Source: a virus (taxonomy: Duplodnaviria > Caudoviricetes). From it: 56,260 nt of DNA. A program made the position numbers and the translations under genes. Each line of letters opens with the position of its first letter. Position 1 is the first letter of the stretch. The notes under the pieces were generated by a model. The model saw only the letters and a program-made list of their open reading frames with translations. It did not search any database and had not been told where the DNA came from. Location of the stretch: the IMG/VR virus record IMGVR_UViG_3300009124_000014, positions 1 through 56,260 of that record. One strand, 5' to 3'. Shown here in pieces: positions 9,572 through 18,794 of the stretch.

Positions 9572-11089
9572 ATGCCCGCATATACAACTCCCGGCGTCTA
9601 CGTTAGCGAGAGCGCCCTTTCTAGCCTGACTCCTACCTTGACCGGGATCACCGCAGCGGTGTTCTTCGGTGAGGCAGAGCGCGGCCCCACCACCGCTACC
9701 TTGGTTCAGGACTGGACGACCTACAAGCGCGTCTACGGCGAACTCAAGAACGCCTACGATCTCGGTTACGCCGTGTACCATTATTTTGCAAACGGTGGAC
9801 GTGCGTGCTACGTCGTCCGTGTCGCCGCTTCCGACGCTAATACCGCTGTAAAGGAAGACTTCCCATACGAGCCGAACGGTGACGGTAACGCTTCCCCGCT
9901 GTTCGACGTAGAAGCCATCAGTGATGGGTCATGGGGTAACGATGTAACCGTGCAAGTTGCTGGTGGTCTGACCGCTACAAGCAACGATGCTCACGGTACT
10001 TTCACCATCATCGTCAAGTTGAACGGTACGGAAGTTGAACGCTGGCCGGAGGTTACGCTGGACACTGACGGTAACCGCTACGTTCAGACGGTTGTCAACA
10101 CTTATAGCAACTACATCAAGTTGACGAACGTGTCAGAAGTTGCTCCCGATGTCTCCCTTGTTTGGGACGAGACCGCTTATTCACTGAGTCTTGGCAGTGA
10201 CGGAACTGTGGCAGATAGCGACTACATGTCGTCTCTCACATCGATTGACGGCATCAACGGTAATTTGATCTTGAACGCCGTCGGTAAGACTTCAGGAACT
10301 ATTGTTACCGCTACGGTCAACAAGGCTGCTGATCGCGGTGACTCGTTCGTGGTTATCGATCCTGAAAAGACTGATGACAATTTGACCGCTACGCAGACCA
10401 CGGCTGCTACGTTCGCCGGACAGTCGAATGGTGGGTATGCTGCACATTACGCACCGGCTTTGAAGATGGTAGATCCGGGCAAGACTGGTCCGGGTGCTAT
10501 CCGTGATACTTATCCGGGAGGTGCTGTTGCCGGTCTTATTATCCGCACCGAGGTACAGCGTTCGGTCGCCAAGGCCCCCGCTGGTGTCGCCGCTGATATT
10601 CGGGGCGCTCTGGGTACCGTTTACCCGTTGTCGAATGACGATATCGGAACGCTGTACGACGGTAGCCCGTACGTCAACTCCTTCAAGGCCATTCCCGGCG
10701 CTGGGGTTGCGGTATACGGCGCTCGCACGTTGGCAAAGACCACCGCAGACAAGTTCATTCCAGTACGTCGTACGCTGAACTACCTGAAGTCCTCGTTGAA
10801 GGATCTCACGCAGTTTGCTGTGTTTGAACCGAACGACGAGAACTTGTGGTCCCGCATCAATGTGGTTACAGCAAGTTTCTTGGCTAACTTCTACCGTGAA
10901 GGCGGTCTGAAGGGTGAGAACTCCTCACAGGCTTTCTACGTCGTGTGCGATTCGACTAACAACACGGAAACCAGCATTGACCAAGGGATCGTCAACGTCG
11001 AGGTCGGGGTCGCTTTGCAGTACCCCGCCGAGTTCATCGTTATCAACCTCAGCCAGTGGACTGGCGGCAGCAACGCCGCTGAGTCCTGA
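9572..11089 (+). CDS. Contractile tail sheath protein
   Basis: N-terminal YTTPGVYVSE, GEAERGP, YFANGG, VAKAPAG, YGART, FAVFEPND, PAEFIVI. Confidence 0.95.
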   Translation: MPAYTTPGVYVSESALSSLTPTLTGITAAVFFGEAERGPTTATLVQDWTTYKRVYGELKNAYDLGYAVYHYFANGGRACYVVRVAASDANTAVKEDFPYEPNGDGNASPLFDVEAISDGSWGNDVTVQVAGGLTATSNDAHGTFTIIVKLNGTEVERWPEVTLDTDGNRYVQTVVNTYSNYIKLTNVSEVAPDVSLVWDETAYSLSLGSDGTVADSDYMSSLTSIDGINGNLILNAVGKTSGTIVTATVNKAADRGDSFVVIDPEKTDDNLTATQTTAATFAGQSNGGYAAHYAPALKMVDPGKTGPGAIRDTYPGGAVAGLIIRTEVQRSVAKAPAGVAADIRGALGTVYPLSNDDIGTLYDGSPYVNSFKAIPGAGVAVYGARTLAKTTADKFIPVRRTLNYLKSSLKDLTQFAVFEPNDENLWSRINVVTASFLANFYREGGLKGENSSQAFYVVCDSTNNTETSIDQGIVNVEVGVALQYPAEFIVINLSQWTGGSNAAES

Positions 11090-11107
11090 ACTTAAGGAGT
11101 AATCTCT

Positions 11108-11734
11108 ATGGCACGAGCAGCCCAAACCGACCCGATCAGGAACTTTAAGTTTCAGGTCCAGATCATCCCAACCGGGACCAAATTGAACACCGATCTTGGT
11201 GGCAAGTTGTCCACTCTCGGTTTCTCCGTTGTTTCAGGACTTACAGTCCAGAACGAGATGATTGCATACCGCGAAGGCGGGATGAACACCCATCCGCATA
11301 AGATGGTTGGTCAGAGCGACTTTGGTCCCGTTACCTTCACTAAGGGGGTGTACGGTCATCAGGACGGCCTCTACAAGTGGCAGCAGTTCATGCACTCTTG
11401 GGGACAAGGCGCTCTCGGGTATGGTTCAACGGAGGACGACAATGATTACCGTTGTGACATCGTCGTCAAGATCAAGGACCACCCAGTGTCCAGCGGTCGT
11501 TACGACCAGCCCGGTAAGCCAGACAACTCGTTCACGACCCCCGCTGGTAAGATCAAGATGGCCTACAAGTTGTACAACTGCTGGCCTGCCTCGTACTCGC
11601 TGGGTGACTTGAATGCTGGTGACTCATCGATTATGATTCAGCAAATGGTCGTTAACCACGAAGGCTTCCAGATCGTTTGGTCTGATAGCGCTGGCGGCGA
11701 GGTGTCTGCTGGTCTGATCGACTCTCTTACCTGA
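11108..11734 (+). CDS. Tail tube protein (T4 gp19-like)
   Basis: DPIRNFKFQV, YREGG, VTFTKG, YNCWP...GDLNAG motifs; follows the sheath gene. Confidence 0.92.
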   Translation: MARAAQTDPIRNFKFQVQIIPTGTKLNTDLGGKLSTLGFSVVSGLTVQNEMIAYREGGMNTHPHKMVGQSDFGPVTFTKGVYGHQDGLYKWQQFMHSWGQGALGYGSTEDDNDYRCDIVVKIKDHPVSSGRYDQPGKPDNSFTTPAGKIKMAYKLYNCWPASYSLGDLNAGDSSIMIQQMVVNHEGFQIVWSDSAGGEVSAGLIDSLT

Positions 11735-11762
11735 TTTTTACTCTACAACTTAGGAGCACAAT

Positions 11763-12563
11763 ATGATGACTAGTGATGATGCAGATGCAATTAATGCCGC
11801 CTCTGCCGAACCTGTACCTGAAGTAGGTAGCGCCCCCGAATCTATCGTTCACCTCATTCGCGGTATACGAGAAGATGCGGAAACAGGTGGCGTATGGCAC
11901 GATGTTGCGGAAGTCAGGGAACTTACCGGTGAAGATGAGGAGTACCTCGCTTCCATCGAGAACAAGAAGGGCCTTACGTACTCTGAGTACATGAGCGCCC
12001 TCCTTGCTCGTGCTACCGTCCGTATCGGTGGATTGGCCGTCAATAACGATCCTAGGATCGTCGACAAACTCATTCTCGGTGACAGGGATTTGTTGTATTT
12101 GAACATTGTTAGGGCTACTTACGGACAGACCCGTACTATTCGTATGCGCTGCAAAGAGTGCAACGAGTCCAACGATGTAGAGATTGATCTCGACGAAGAC
12201 TTCCCGTTGTTGGAGCACGACTTCGACCCCAAGCACGGTATCGATGTAGAGACATCTAAGGGTGTAGTCAATCTTCGCCTTCCTAACGGTGAAGATACTG
12301 TCACTGTCCAGAAGAGCACCAAGAACGATGCTGAATTGAACACCGCAATGATTGCGCGTTGCGCATCATGGCCGAACGGTCAGGGTCCCGAAGACAGGGA
12401 GGCATGGGCACGTAAGTTGAACATTGCCGACCGGCGTGCTCTGGTCACGTCCCTCCTGTCTGCTCAGGTGGGACCTCAGATCGGGGAGGTGAAAACTCAG
12501 TGTGCAGTCTGCGACGAAGATATGTCAATTATGCTCGACTGGGTCTCACTTTTATTCGGTTGA
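11763..12563 (+). CDS. Tail assembly chaperone / baseplate hub assembly protein (T4 gp26-like)
   Basis: VRELTGEDEE, GDRDLL, CKEC and CAVC motifs; lies between tube and tape measure genes. Confidence 0.75.
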   Translation: MMTSDDADAINAASAEPVPEVGSAPESIVHLIRGIREDAETGGVWHDVAEVRELTGEDEEYLASIENKKGLTYSEYMSALLARATVRIGGLAVNNDPRIVDKLILGDRDLLYLNIVRATYGQTRTIRMRCKECNESNDVEIDLDEDFPLLEHDFDPKHGIDVETSKGVVNLRLPNGEDTVTVQKSTKNDAELNTAMIARCASWPNGQGPEDREAWARKLNIADRRALVTSLLSAQVGPQIGEVKTQCAVCDEDMSIMLDWVSLLFG

Positions 12564-12696
12564 TCTGACTATACTGTATTGGGAGTACGAAGCCATCGCC
12601 ACCGTATACAAAGGGTTCTCCTTATCTGATATGCGTTCAATGTCAGTTCGCCAACGGGACTTCTGGTACCGTATGGCACACTGGCGTAATAAATAG
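12550..12696 (+). CDS. Tail chaperone extension (gpGT/gp51-like) without a convincing start, probably reached by frameshift
   Basis: +1 frame relative to 11763 encodes LYWEYEAIATVYKGFSLSDMRSMSVRQRDFW and fills the gap before the tape measure gene. Confidence 0.65.
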   Translation, partial: FYSVDLTILYWEYEAIATVYKGFSLSDMRSMSVRQRDFWYRMAHWRNK

Positions 12697-12707
12697 CGGA
12701 GGCTTCT

Positions 12708-15596
12708 ATGGCTGATACACCCAAGGGTCCCCCCGCAAATGACGGGGGTGAAGAACCGGTTACCGGTAGACACGGTAACCGTATGGCTGATGTCAAAGCC
12801 TCCTTGCGCGTCGACACAGAGCAACTCAACAAACTCAAGCAAAGTCTAGACGACATTAGGAAGGCCGCTAAAGGTCTTCGTGATGAAATGGCTGGCCTCG
12901 CTGACGAGGCTGCTCGTGCCGCTGAAGCCACTGGTAACATCTCAGGAGGCGGCACTACTGGGTCAAAGCAGTTTAAAAACACTGCTCAATATCAGAACAG
13001 TAGTCAACAGTCGACTCGGGTGGGTGCGTCTAACTACCGTGATCCCTACTACGCCGGTATCAAACAGCAACAGAAGCGTATGGCTGGTGGGGGCGCTGGC
13101 GGTGGCGGAATTGGTCTAGGCTCGTTTAGGGCCGGTATGGCTGGTGAAGGCGGTGGAGCCGCCGGTATGGGGATGGGTGTAGCAGCCGCTTCAGCCGCAA
13201 TTACTCAGGCTATTAAGCCCCTTGTCCAAGCAATGGACAACCGTATTCAGACTCAGATGCAGAGGGCCACGTCTGTTGACCGCATGAACGTCCTCATGCA
13301 GCAGATGTACGGAATGAACCAATTAGAGGTGATGCAGGACGTTAGGGGTCCTTTGCGTAACTACCGATTAGGTCAAACAGGCATTACTGACATGCTTGCT
13401 TTCCAGACTCAGACCGGCTTTCAAGCGACTGAGCAATTAGCGCAATCGATTGAGGGCATCAGAACTTCGACTGGTTTCTCTAAGACTACTGCTGACATTC
13501 TCGCTGAGCAGAGGCAGATGCTCTCTCCAGAGGTCGCTACGCGCATGTTCTATATGGGTGGTGCGTCCCCGTACAAACTAGGTGGCGGTATGAAAGACCC
13601 GCTACAAGTTCGTCAAGAAATCATTCAAAACATGGGTCTAACGAATGAGCAGACTCTGCAAGGTGCTCTTGCCCCCGGTTCGGTTACTCGCGCCCGATTG
13701 GCTGACCTTGGCTTGGGCGAGGACATGCAGACCGAGATCCTTCAGTACGCCCAACAGAATGTTGAGTTCCAGAAACAGGGTGGTGAAGGATTCTACGATC
13801 CCGGTCGTAAAGCGGACCGCGAGCGTATGGGTATTGAGGAAAACTACGCCACACAGCAAGAGGAGACAGCCAGAACGCAAGCCGCTCGTGACGAGCAGTT
13901 TATGACACGTCAATTAGATAACTTTGCTCAGTTTGAAAAGAACCAGCAGACCATGATCGAACTGCTGGGACGAGTAGAGGATCATTTGAGCGGGATTGTC
14001 GGTGCTCGTACAAGCACTTTGCCGTTCGCTAAGTCAGCGGGTGCCTTTGGTGGCATGGTAAGTACTTTGGGTATCGCTGCAATGGCTGCTAACCCTGCAC
14101 TAGGCGGTGCGCTTTTTGCTGGTGGTCAACTACTCAACATGGCGGGCGACGGCTCTGGTACGGAAGCAGACTCTGGAGGGTCTGGCGCAGCAGTACCACC
14201 TTCTGATGCAGCCCACAAAGGTGGTGCGACTAATCCTAATATGTCTGCCGACGAGCAGATTAAAGTTCCTTTCGGTTACGGTAGCCAGAAGGTTTCCCTA
14301 AAGGAATTGCAGAACAAGACGACGTTTAACCAGATGCACCCGTCGTTCAGGCAGCGCTTGCTGAATATGATGCGAGCCAACCCTAATGTCGGTATCGGTG
14401 GAGGTATGCGTGACCCCAAGGCTCAGGAACAGATGTTCCGTGAGCGTTACGTAGAGACTGACGAAGACACTGGACTTAAATGGAACGGTAAGTTCTGGAA
14501 GCGTGTCCGTGGTGCCCCGGCTGCGCCCCCCGGACGCTCGATGCACGAGATTGGCCTAGCAGCAGACCTTGTTGGTGATCTGGATTGGGTGGTCGCTAAC
14601 GCCGGTAAGTTCGGTTTGAAGCACTTTAACGACGTTAACGGTGAGCCATGGCACGTCCAGCCAGCAGAACTACCAAACTCACGTTTCAAATATGAGCAAG
14701 CAGGTGCACCTTGGGGTACTTCTGGTACATACAATGTTGAAGAAGCAGCGCTTTCTCAGGCGCGTGACCCGTCAAGTGATGGCCGTGCAGGTTCAGGTAT
14801 GGCGATGCCGTTTAGCGAACACGGCGGTGGTTCCCTCTCTACGGCTATGTCGGATCAGGCTTCTCTCCAAGAGATTCTAGATGAGCACTTGTCAGGCAAC
14901 TCTTCCGCTATGGGTGGAGGAAGTGGTTCAAGCGAAAGCAGTAGTAGTTACTCCGCTCCTCGCACCCCTATTCCTATTCCTCGTGGAACTCAGCAACTTA
15001 CTGGTGAACAGGTAGCACAAGCAGCCCACAACGCCGGTTTTACGGGTGACGATCTAGTATCTGTGGTTGCCATCGCTAAGCGAGAGAGTAGTTGGCAATC
15101 AACTGCCTATAACGGCAATAGGAAGACAGGCGATAAGTCGTTCGGTCTGATGCAGATCAACATGATTGATTCGCTTGGCCCCTATCGACGACAATTGTTT
15201 GGCATCTCCGCTAATGAAGATCTGTTCGATCCTCAAACAAACATGCATGCTGCTAAGAAGTTGTACGACTTCCGTGGCGGAAGTCTGTACGACTGGGGTG
15301 CTTACAAGGGTGAATCAAACACGTACAACACTAATATGAGCGAAGCGGCGCAGGTCGTTAAGGACGCTGGTTTGTACAGTAGCGGTGACCCTATGCCGAT
15401 GGAACGGTCTTCGTCGATGGCTCCGTCAAAGGGCGGATCATCCACAGTCAACTACACGGGCGGCGCAAACATTACAGTCGCCCCCACTATCAACTTTAAT
15501 GGCCAGCCACAGACTCCCGACTTGCAAAATATTGCACAGACAGTGACAGATATGATTAAGGATGAGATGGCTATGGCTGGATTGAGGAGCGCCTGA
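12708..15596 (+). CDS. Tape measure protein with M15-type peptidase and lytic transglycosylase domains
   Basis: Helical Ala/Gln/Gly-rich N-half; RSMHEIGLAADL...EPWHVQ (M15/VanY-like); AKRESSW...SFGLMQIN (SLT-like). Confidence 0.88.
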   Translation: MADTPKGPPANDGGEEPVTGRHGNRMADVKASLRVDTEQLNKLKQSLDDIRKAAKGLRDEMAGLADEAARAAEATGNISGGGTTGSKQFKNTAQYQNSSQQSTRVGASNYRDPYYAGIKQQQKRMAGGGAGGGGIGLGSFRAGMAGEGGGAAGMGMGVAAASAAITQAIKPLVQAMDNRIQTQMQRATSVDRMNVLMQQMYGMNQLEVMQDVRGPLRNYRLGQTGITDMLAFQTQTGFQATEQLAQSIEGIRTSTGFSKTTADILAEQRQMLSPEVATRMFYMGGASPYKLGGGMKDPLQVRQEIIQNMGLTNEQTLQGALAPGSVTRARLADLGLGEDMQTEILQYAQQNVEFQKQGGEGFYDPGRKADRERMGIEENYATQQEETARTQAARDEQFMTRQLDNFAQFEKNQQTMIELLGRVEDHLSGIVGARTSTLPFAKSAGAFGGMVSTLGIAAMAANPALGGALFAGGQLLNMAGDGSGTEADSGGSGAAVPPSDAAHKGGATNPNMSADEQIKVPFGYGSQKVSLKELQNKTTFNQMHPSFRQRLLNMMRANPNVGIGGGMRDPKAQEQMFRERYVETDEDTGLKWNGKFWKRVRGAPAAPPGRSMHEIGLAADLVGDLDWVVANAGKFGLKHFNDVNGEPWHVQPAELPNSRFKYEQAGAPWGTSGTYNVEEAALSQARDPSSDGRAGSGMAMPFSEHGGGSLSTAMSDQASLQEILDEHLSGNSSAMGGGSGSSESSSSYSAPRTPIPIPRGTQQLTGEQVAQAAHNAGFTGDDLVSVVAIAKRESSWQSTAYNGNRKTGDKSFGLMQINMIDSLGPYRRQLFGISANEDLFDPQTNMHAAKKLYDFRGGSLYDWGAYKGESNTYNTNMSEAAQVVKDAGLYSSGDPMPMERSSSMAPSKGGSSTVNYTGGANITVAPTINFNGQPQTPDLQNIAQTVTDMIKDEMAMAGLRSA

Positions 15597-17398
15597 TGGG
15601 TTACAGAAACGACCAATACTTCAATCTCCGTCAAGCGGGAGAAGCAGTCGGACTCAGCCCGAACGATCCCCGTAGTGGCGCAGAGATCGGCGCTCTCAAT
15701 AAGGACTTTGTGTACCCCGACAGGTCTGTCCGTGTTAATTCTGTTCTCGATGCTGGCAACTTCACAGTAGAGCCTAAATTACAACGAGGGTATATACGCT
15801 CCATCGCAGACAGTTTAGGTGGGGTTAAATTAACCAGATCCAAGTGTCAATTCCAATTTAATCCCAGAGTGCTAAACACTAGCGTCAACCAAAATACTAA
15901 GATTCTTGACTTCCTTCATCAAGACGCTTCTCAGTATGCGCAGCCAATTCCCGGCAACGTGTCCTTTAGTTTTGGGTTGTTCTTTGACCGTTCTTACGAA
16001 TTGAACAAGGGAGGCTCTGAGACCGCAACGGGGTACGACGTATCTTCGGATAACCCTTGGGAGAAGTACGGCCCCGAGACGATTGGGGTTCTTCACGACA
16101 TTTCCGCCCTCTACTCAGTAATCGGTCAAGGCATAGGTAGCCAGCAAAAGCAGTACATCCAGAGCGTCTTGGAAAGCCAGATCAAAGGTGAGATTAACGC
16201 TCAGAATACTAACGCTACGATTACCACTGATGCCGACGGTAATGTTGTCGACGATGGTGGCGGTGTTAGTGACGCTGCAAGTACGCAGGCCAACTACACT
16301 ACGGCAGCAGACGATTTCATCAATAACTTAGGAAATACGGGTAACGTAGCATTCTTACTTCCCCTACCTGTTCGCGTAGTGTTCTCTGCGTTGTACATCG
16401 TAGAAGGTCTTGTCCAGAACGCCTCCGTAAAGTTCACAAAGTTCAACCACGCAATGGTCCCTATGCAGGCGTCGGTAGAGTTAGTAATGGAGGCCAAGTA
16501 TGTTGGCTTTGCTAAGAAGAATACGTTCTTTACTGAGGTACTGGCTAAGAGAGAAGAGGTAGCCCTACAAGAGGCGCAGAAGATACAACAAGATAGAGAG
16601 CAGGCTCAATACTTTGCTGATAAGTTTTCGGCGGATCTCAACAAGGCTAAATTTAAGGTTGAAGTCGATTACACTACTGATTCCGACTCTTTCAACAGCA
16701 AGACGGTAGAGGACATGGTTACCCATGTCGCTAGTGGTACTCATAAATCAACTTCAATTAAAACAAGAATGAGCGTTGAATTCCCGTCCGAAGGTGGATC
16801 TAAGCAGGTACGTAACCTATATGCTGAAGGTAAGACTGTAGAAGTCCAAACAAATGCCGAGGTAGAACTGTGGCGTTATACCGATGTTTTTAAGGATGAA
16901 AACGCGGCTTTGTTCAACGATTCCTCAGATGAAGGCCAGACAGCGCTGTACGAGGCACTAGAGGAATGGGCCAACTACCAAGATTCTAGAGGGGAAAAGG
17001 ATAGGACCTCTTTACCTACTCTATATAGTGGAACTGCTCCCTTCAGGAATGTAATGAAGATCAGGCGTCACTGGATTACTCCCACCATGAACACCGACAG
17101 GGGCAAGCCCACTGCGGTAACTGAAGACGAATATAAAGACTTGTGCAATGGTATTCGCACTGGAGCGGCTGCGGGATCAGATGACAGGTCTATTGACTCG
17201 TCCCGTGAGGCGGCGGACCCGGACAACTTCTACTACCTGCTACGTTATTACGTGAAAGTGAGTGCTACTGTAGATGGCGCTACTGTCACTGGTGAAGGTA
17301 GTCAGTTATACGTGCGCGATGTTAAAGGAGCGAACTTTTCGACGGAAAGAACTATTGATATGGATTGGCCAACTTACAATGAGGAAGAGGAGGCTTAG
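15596..17398 (+). CDS. Baseplate/tail tube initiator-like protein
   Basis: FQFNP, FGLFFDRSYE, PVRVVF, FTKFNHAMVPMQASV motifs; follows the tape measure gene. Confidence 0.6.
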   Translation: MGYRNDQYFNLRQAGEAVGLSPNDPRSGAEIGALNKDFVYPDRSVRVNSVLDAGNFTVEPKLQRGYIRSIADSLGGVKLTRSKCQFQFNPRVLNTSVNQNTKILDFLHQDASQYAQPIPGNVSFSFGLFFDRSYELNKGGSETATGYDVSSDNPWEKYGPETIGVLHDISALYSVIGQGIGSQQKQYIQSVLESQIKGEINAQNTNATITTDADGNVVDDGGGVSDAASTQANYTTAADDFINNLGNTGNVAFLLPLPVRVVFSALYIVEGLVQNASVKFTKFNHAMVPMQASVELVMEAKYVGFAKKNTFFTEVLAKREEVALQEAQKIQQDREQAQYFADKFSADLNKAKFKVEVDYTTDSDSFNSKTVEDMVTHVASGTHKSTSIKTRMSVEFPSEGGSKQVRNLYAEGKTVEVQTNAEVELWRYTDVFKDENAALFNDSSDEGQTALYEALEEWANYQDSRGEKDRTSLPTLYSGTAPFRNVMKIRRHWITPTMNTDRGKPTAVTEDEYKDLCNGIRTGAAAGSDDRSIDSSREAADPDNFYYLLRYYVKVSATVDGATVTGEGSQLYVRDVKGANFSTERTIDMDWPTYNEEEEA

Positions 17399-17400
17399 TT

Positions 17401-17643
17401 ATGGCTCTTTACGACGCTGCTTCACGTTATAAGTTAACGACCACTGGTAAGGAGGCTAAGCGAGGTGAGCGCATTACTGGTAAGTACACCTTGTACACCG
17501 TCAGGTCGGGTGACACTCTGGAGAACATAGCCATGCGTAGGTTGGGTTCTCCAACTCGCTACTGGGAAATTGCTGACATGAACCCCCAGTTCAAATTCCC
17601 CACAGACATTGACGTAGGGGATGTAATCAGGATTCCGTTGTGA
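17401..17643 (+). CDS. LysM-domain baseplate protein (tail X/gp53-like)
   Basis: YTVRSGDTLENIA...YWEIADMNP...GDVIRIP. Confidence 0.9.
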   Translation: MALYDAASRYKLTTTGKEAKRGERITGKYTLYTVRSGDTLENIAMRRLGSPTRYWEIADMNPQFKFPTDIDVGDVIRIPL

Positions 17644-18794
17644 TTACCAAGAAGCCGTACGGGGTTTCTCCCACAGTAGATGTACTGCTGGGTAACATGT
17701 CGTTCAACATGAACTCCCTCAATAGCATTGAGATTTTGTTAGAGGAGAGCAAGCACGACACGCTCGTCATGGACGTTACGGGTATTCCAACTCGTGCCAT
17801 CACGGAGTACTACGACAGCCCCATCCGTGTAGAGGTATCTCTTGGGGCGTATTTTAAGCACACGTTCCTTGGTTATATCGCTGACGTGCGCCCCTCACAC
17901 TGGTCAGGTGCTGGACTGGTCGATGAGTCACCGTTTCAGAAGGCAAAGATCGTATGCATGGGGGCATCGTATGAGATGCGTGGTAGCCGCAGTGCTCAGT
18001 GGTCTGGCTACTCGATGTCCGATGTTGCTGCTGAGTTAGCGTACAGGTACTCGTTCAGTCTCGATGTCCCCTCCCGTATGCCGGTACACACTCGTCTAGT
18101 GCAGACTAATGAGTCAGACTGGCAGTTCCTGACTAGGTACGCAAACTTACTGGGGTACCACGTCAACGTCCACGGCACTCACATGCACGTTTACGACCCT
18201 GATGATGCTTGGTCGCGTTTGACCTCCTTTCACAAACTTACAACAATGGGTAAGGCTGGAGGTATGGCTAAGGATTTCCCCGGCCAAATACTCCGTTTCG
18301 ACGGCTCCTTCTCTAGCCGTAACCCAGACGGCTTCTATTCAGATACCGTTGTCTCTGTGCTACAGGACGATGGGGCTGTGTTTGACGTTAGTTCGACAGA
18401 TGCTGGTATTGACGGCACCAATGGCGCTCGCTTTCCGAACCGCCGCAGTGATTACGCCGATACATTCGACGAGGCTGTTCTACGTGTTAAGGCGAATAGT
18501 AAGCAGGTGTACGATTACACCGCAAAGATTCTGGCTCTTGGGGTCGCCGGATGTGTTCCGGGTGGTATTGTTGAAGTCGACAACTATGGAGGCGACTTTG
18601 ACGGTGTGTGGTACGTACGCAGCGTAAAGCACGTTATCCACAGTGATGGATTTACCTCAGAACTATCTGTGGGACAGAACTCGTACAACGCTTTGCGTAA
18701 GGAGAATAAAGACGTGTTTCAAACGCCCCCTAAAGGCGTCTACGTCGATGGTAAGTGGAAGACATCGGAGAAGACGGTAAATGCATACTCCTGA
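17640..18794 (+). CDS. Baseplate hub protein (gp27/gpD-like)
   Basis: QTNESDWQFLTRYA and GVWYVRSVKHVI motifs; lies between LysM and spike genes. Confidence 0.85.
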   Translation: MITKKPYGVSPTVDVLLGNMSFNMNSLNSIEILLEESKHDTLVMDVTGIPTRAITEYYDSPIRVEVSLGAYFKHTFLGYIADVRPSHWSGAGLVDESPFQKAKIVCMGASYEMRGSRSAQWSGYSMSDVAAELAYRYSFSLDVPSRMPVHTRLVQTNESDWQFLTRYANLLGYHVNVHGTHMHVYDPDDAWSRLTSFHKLTTMGKAGGMAKDFPGQILRFDGSFSSRNPDGFYSDTVVSVLQDDGAVFDVSSTDAGIDGTNGARFPNRRSDYADTFDEAVLRVKANSKQVYDYTAKILALGVAGCVPGGIVEVDNYGGDFDGVWYVRSVKHVIHSDGFTSELSVGQNSYNALRKENKDVFQTPPKGVYVDGKWKTSEKTVNAYS

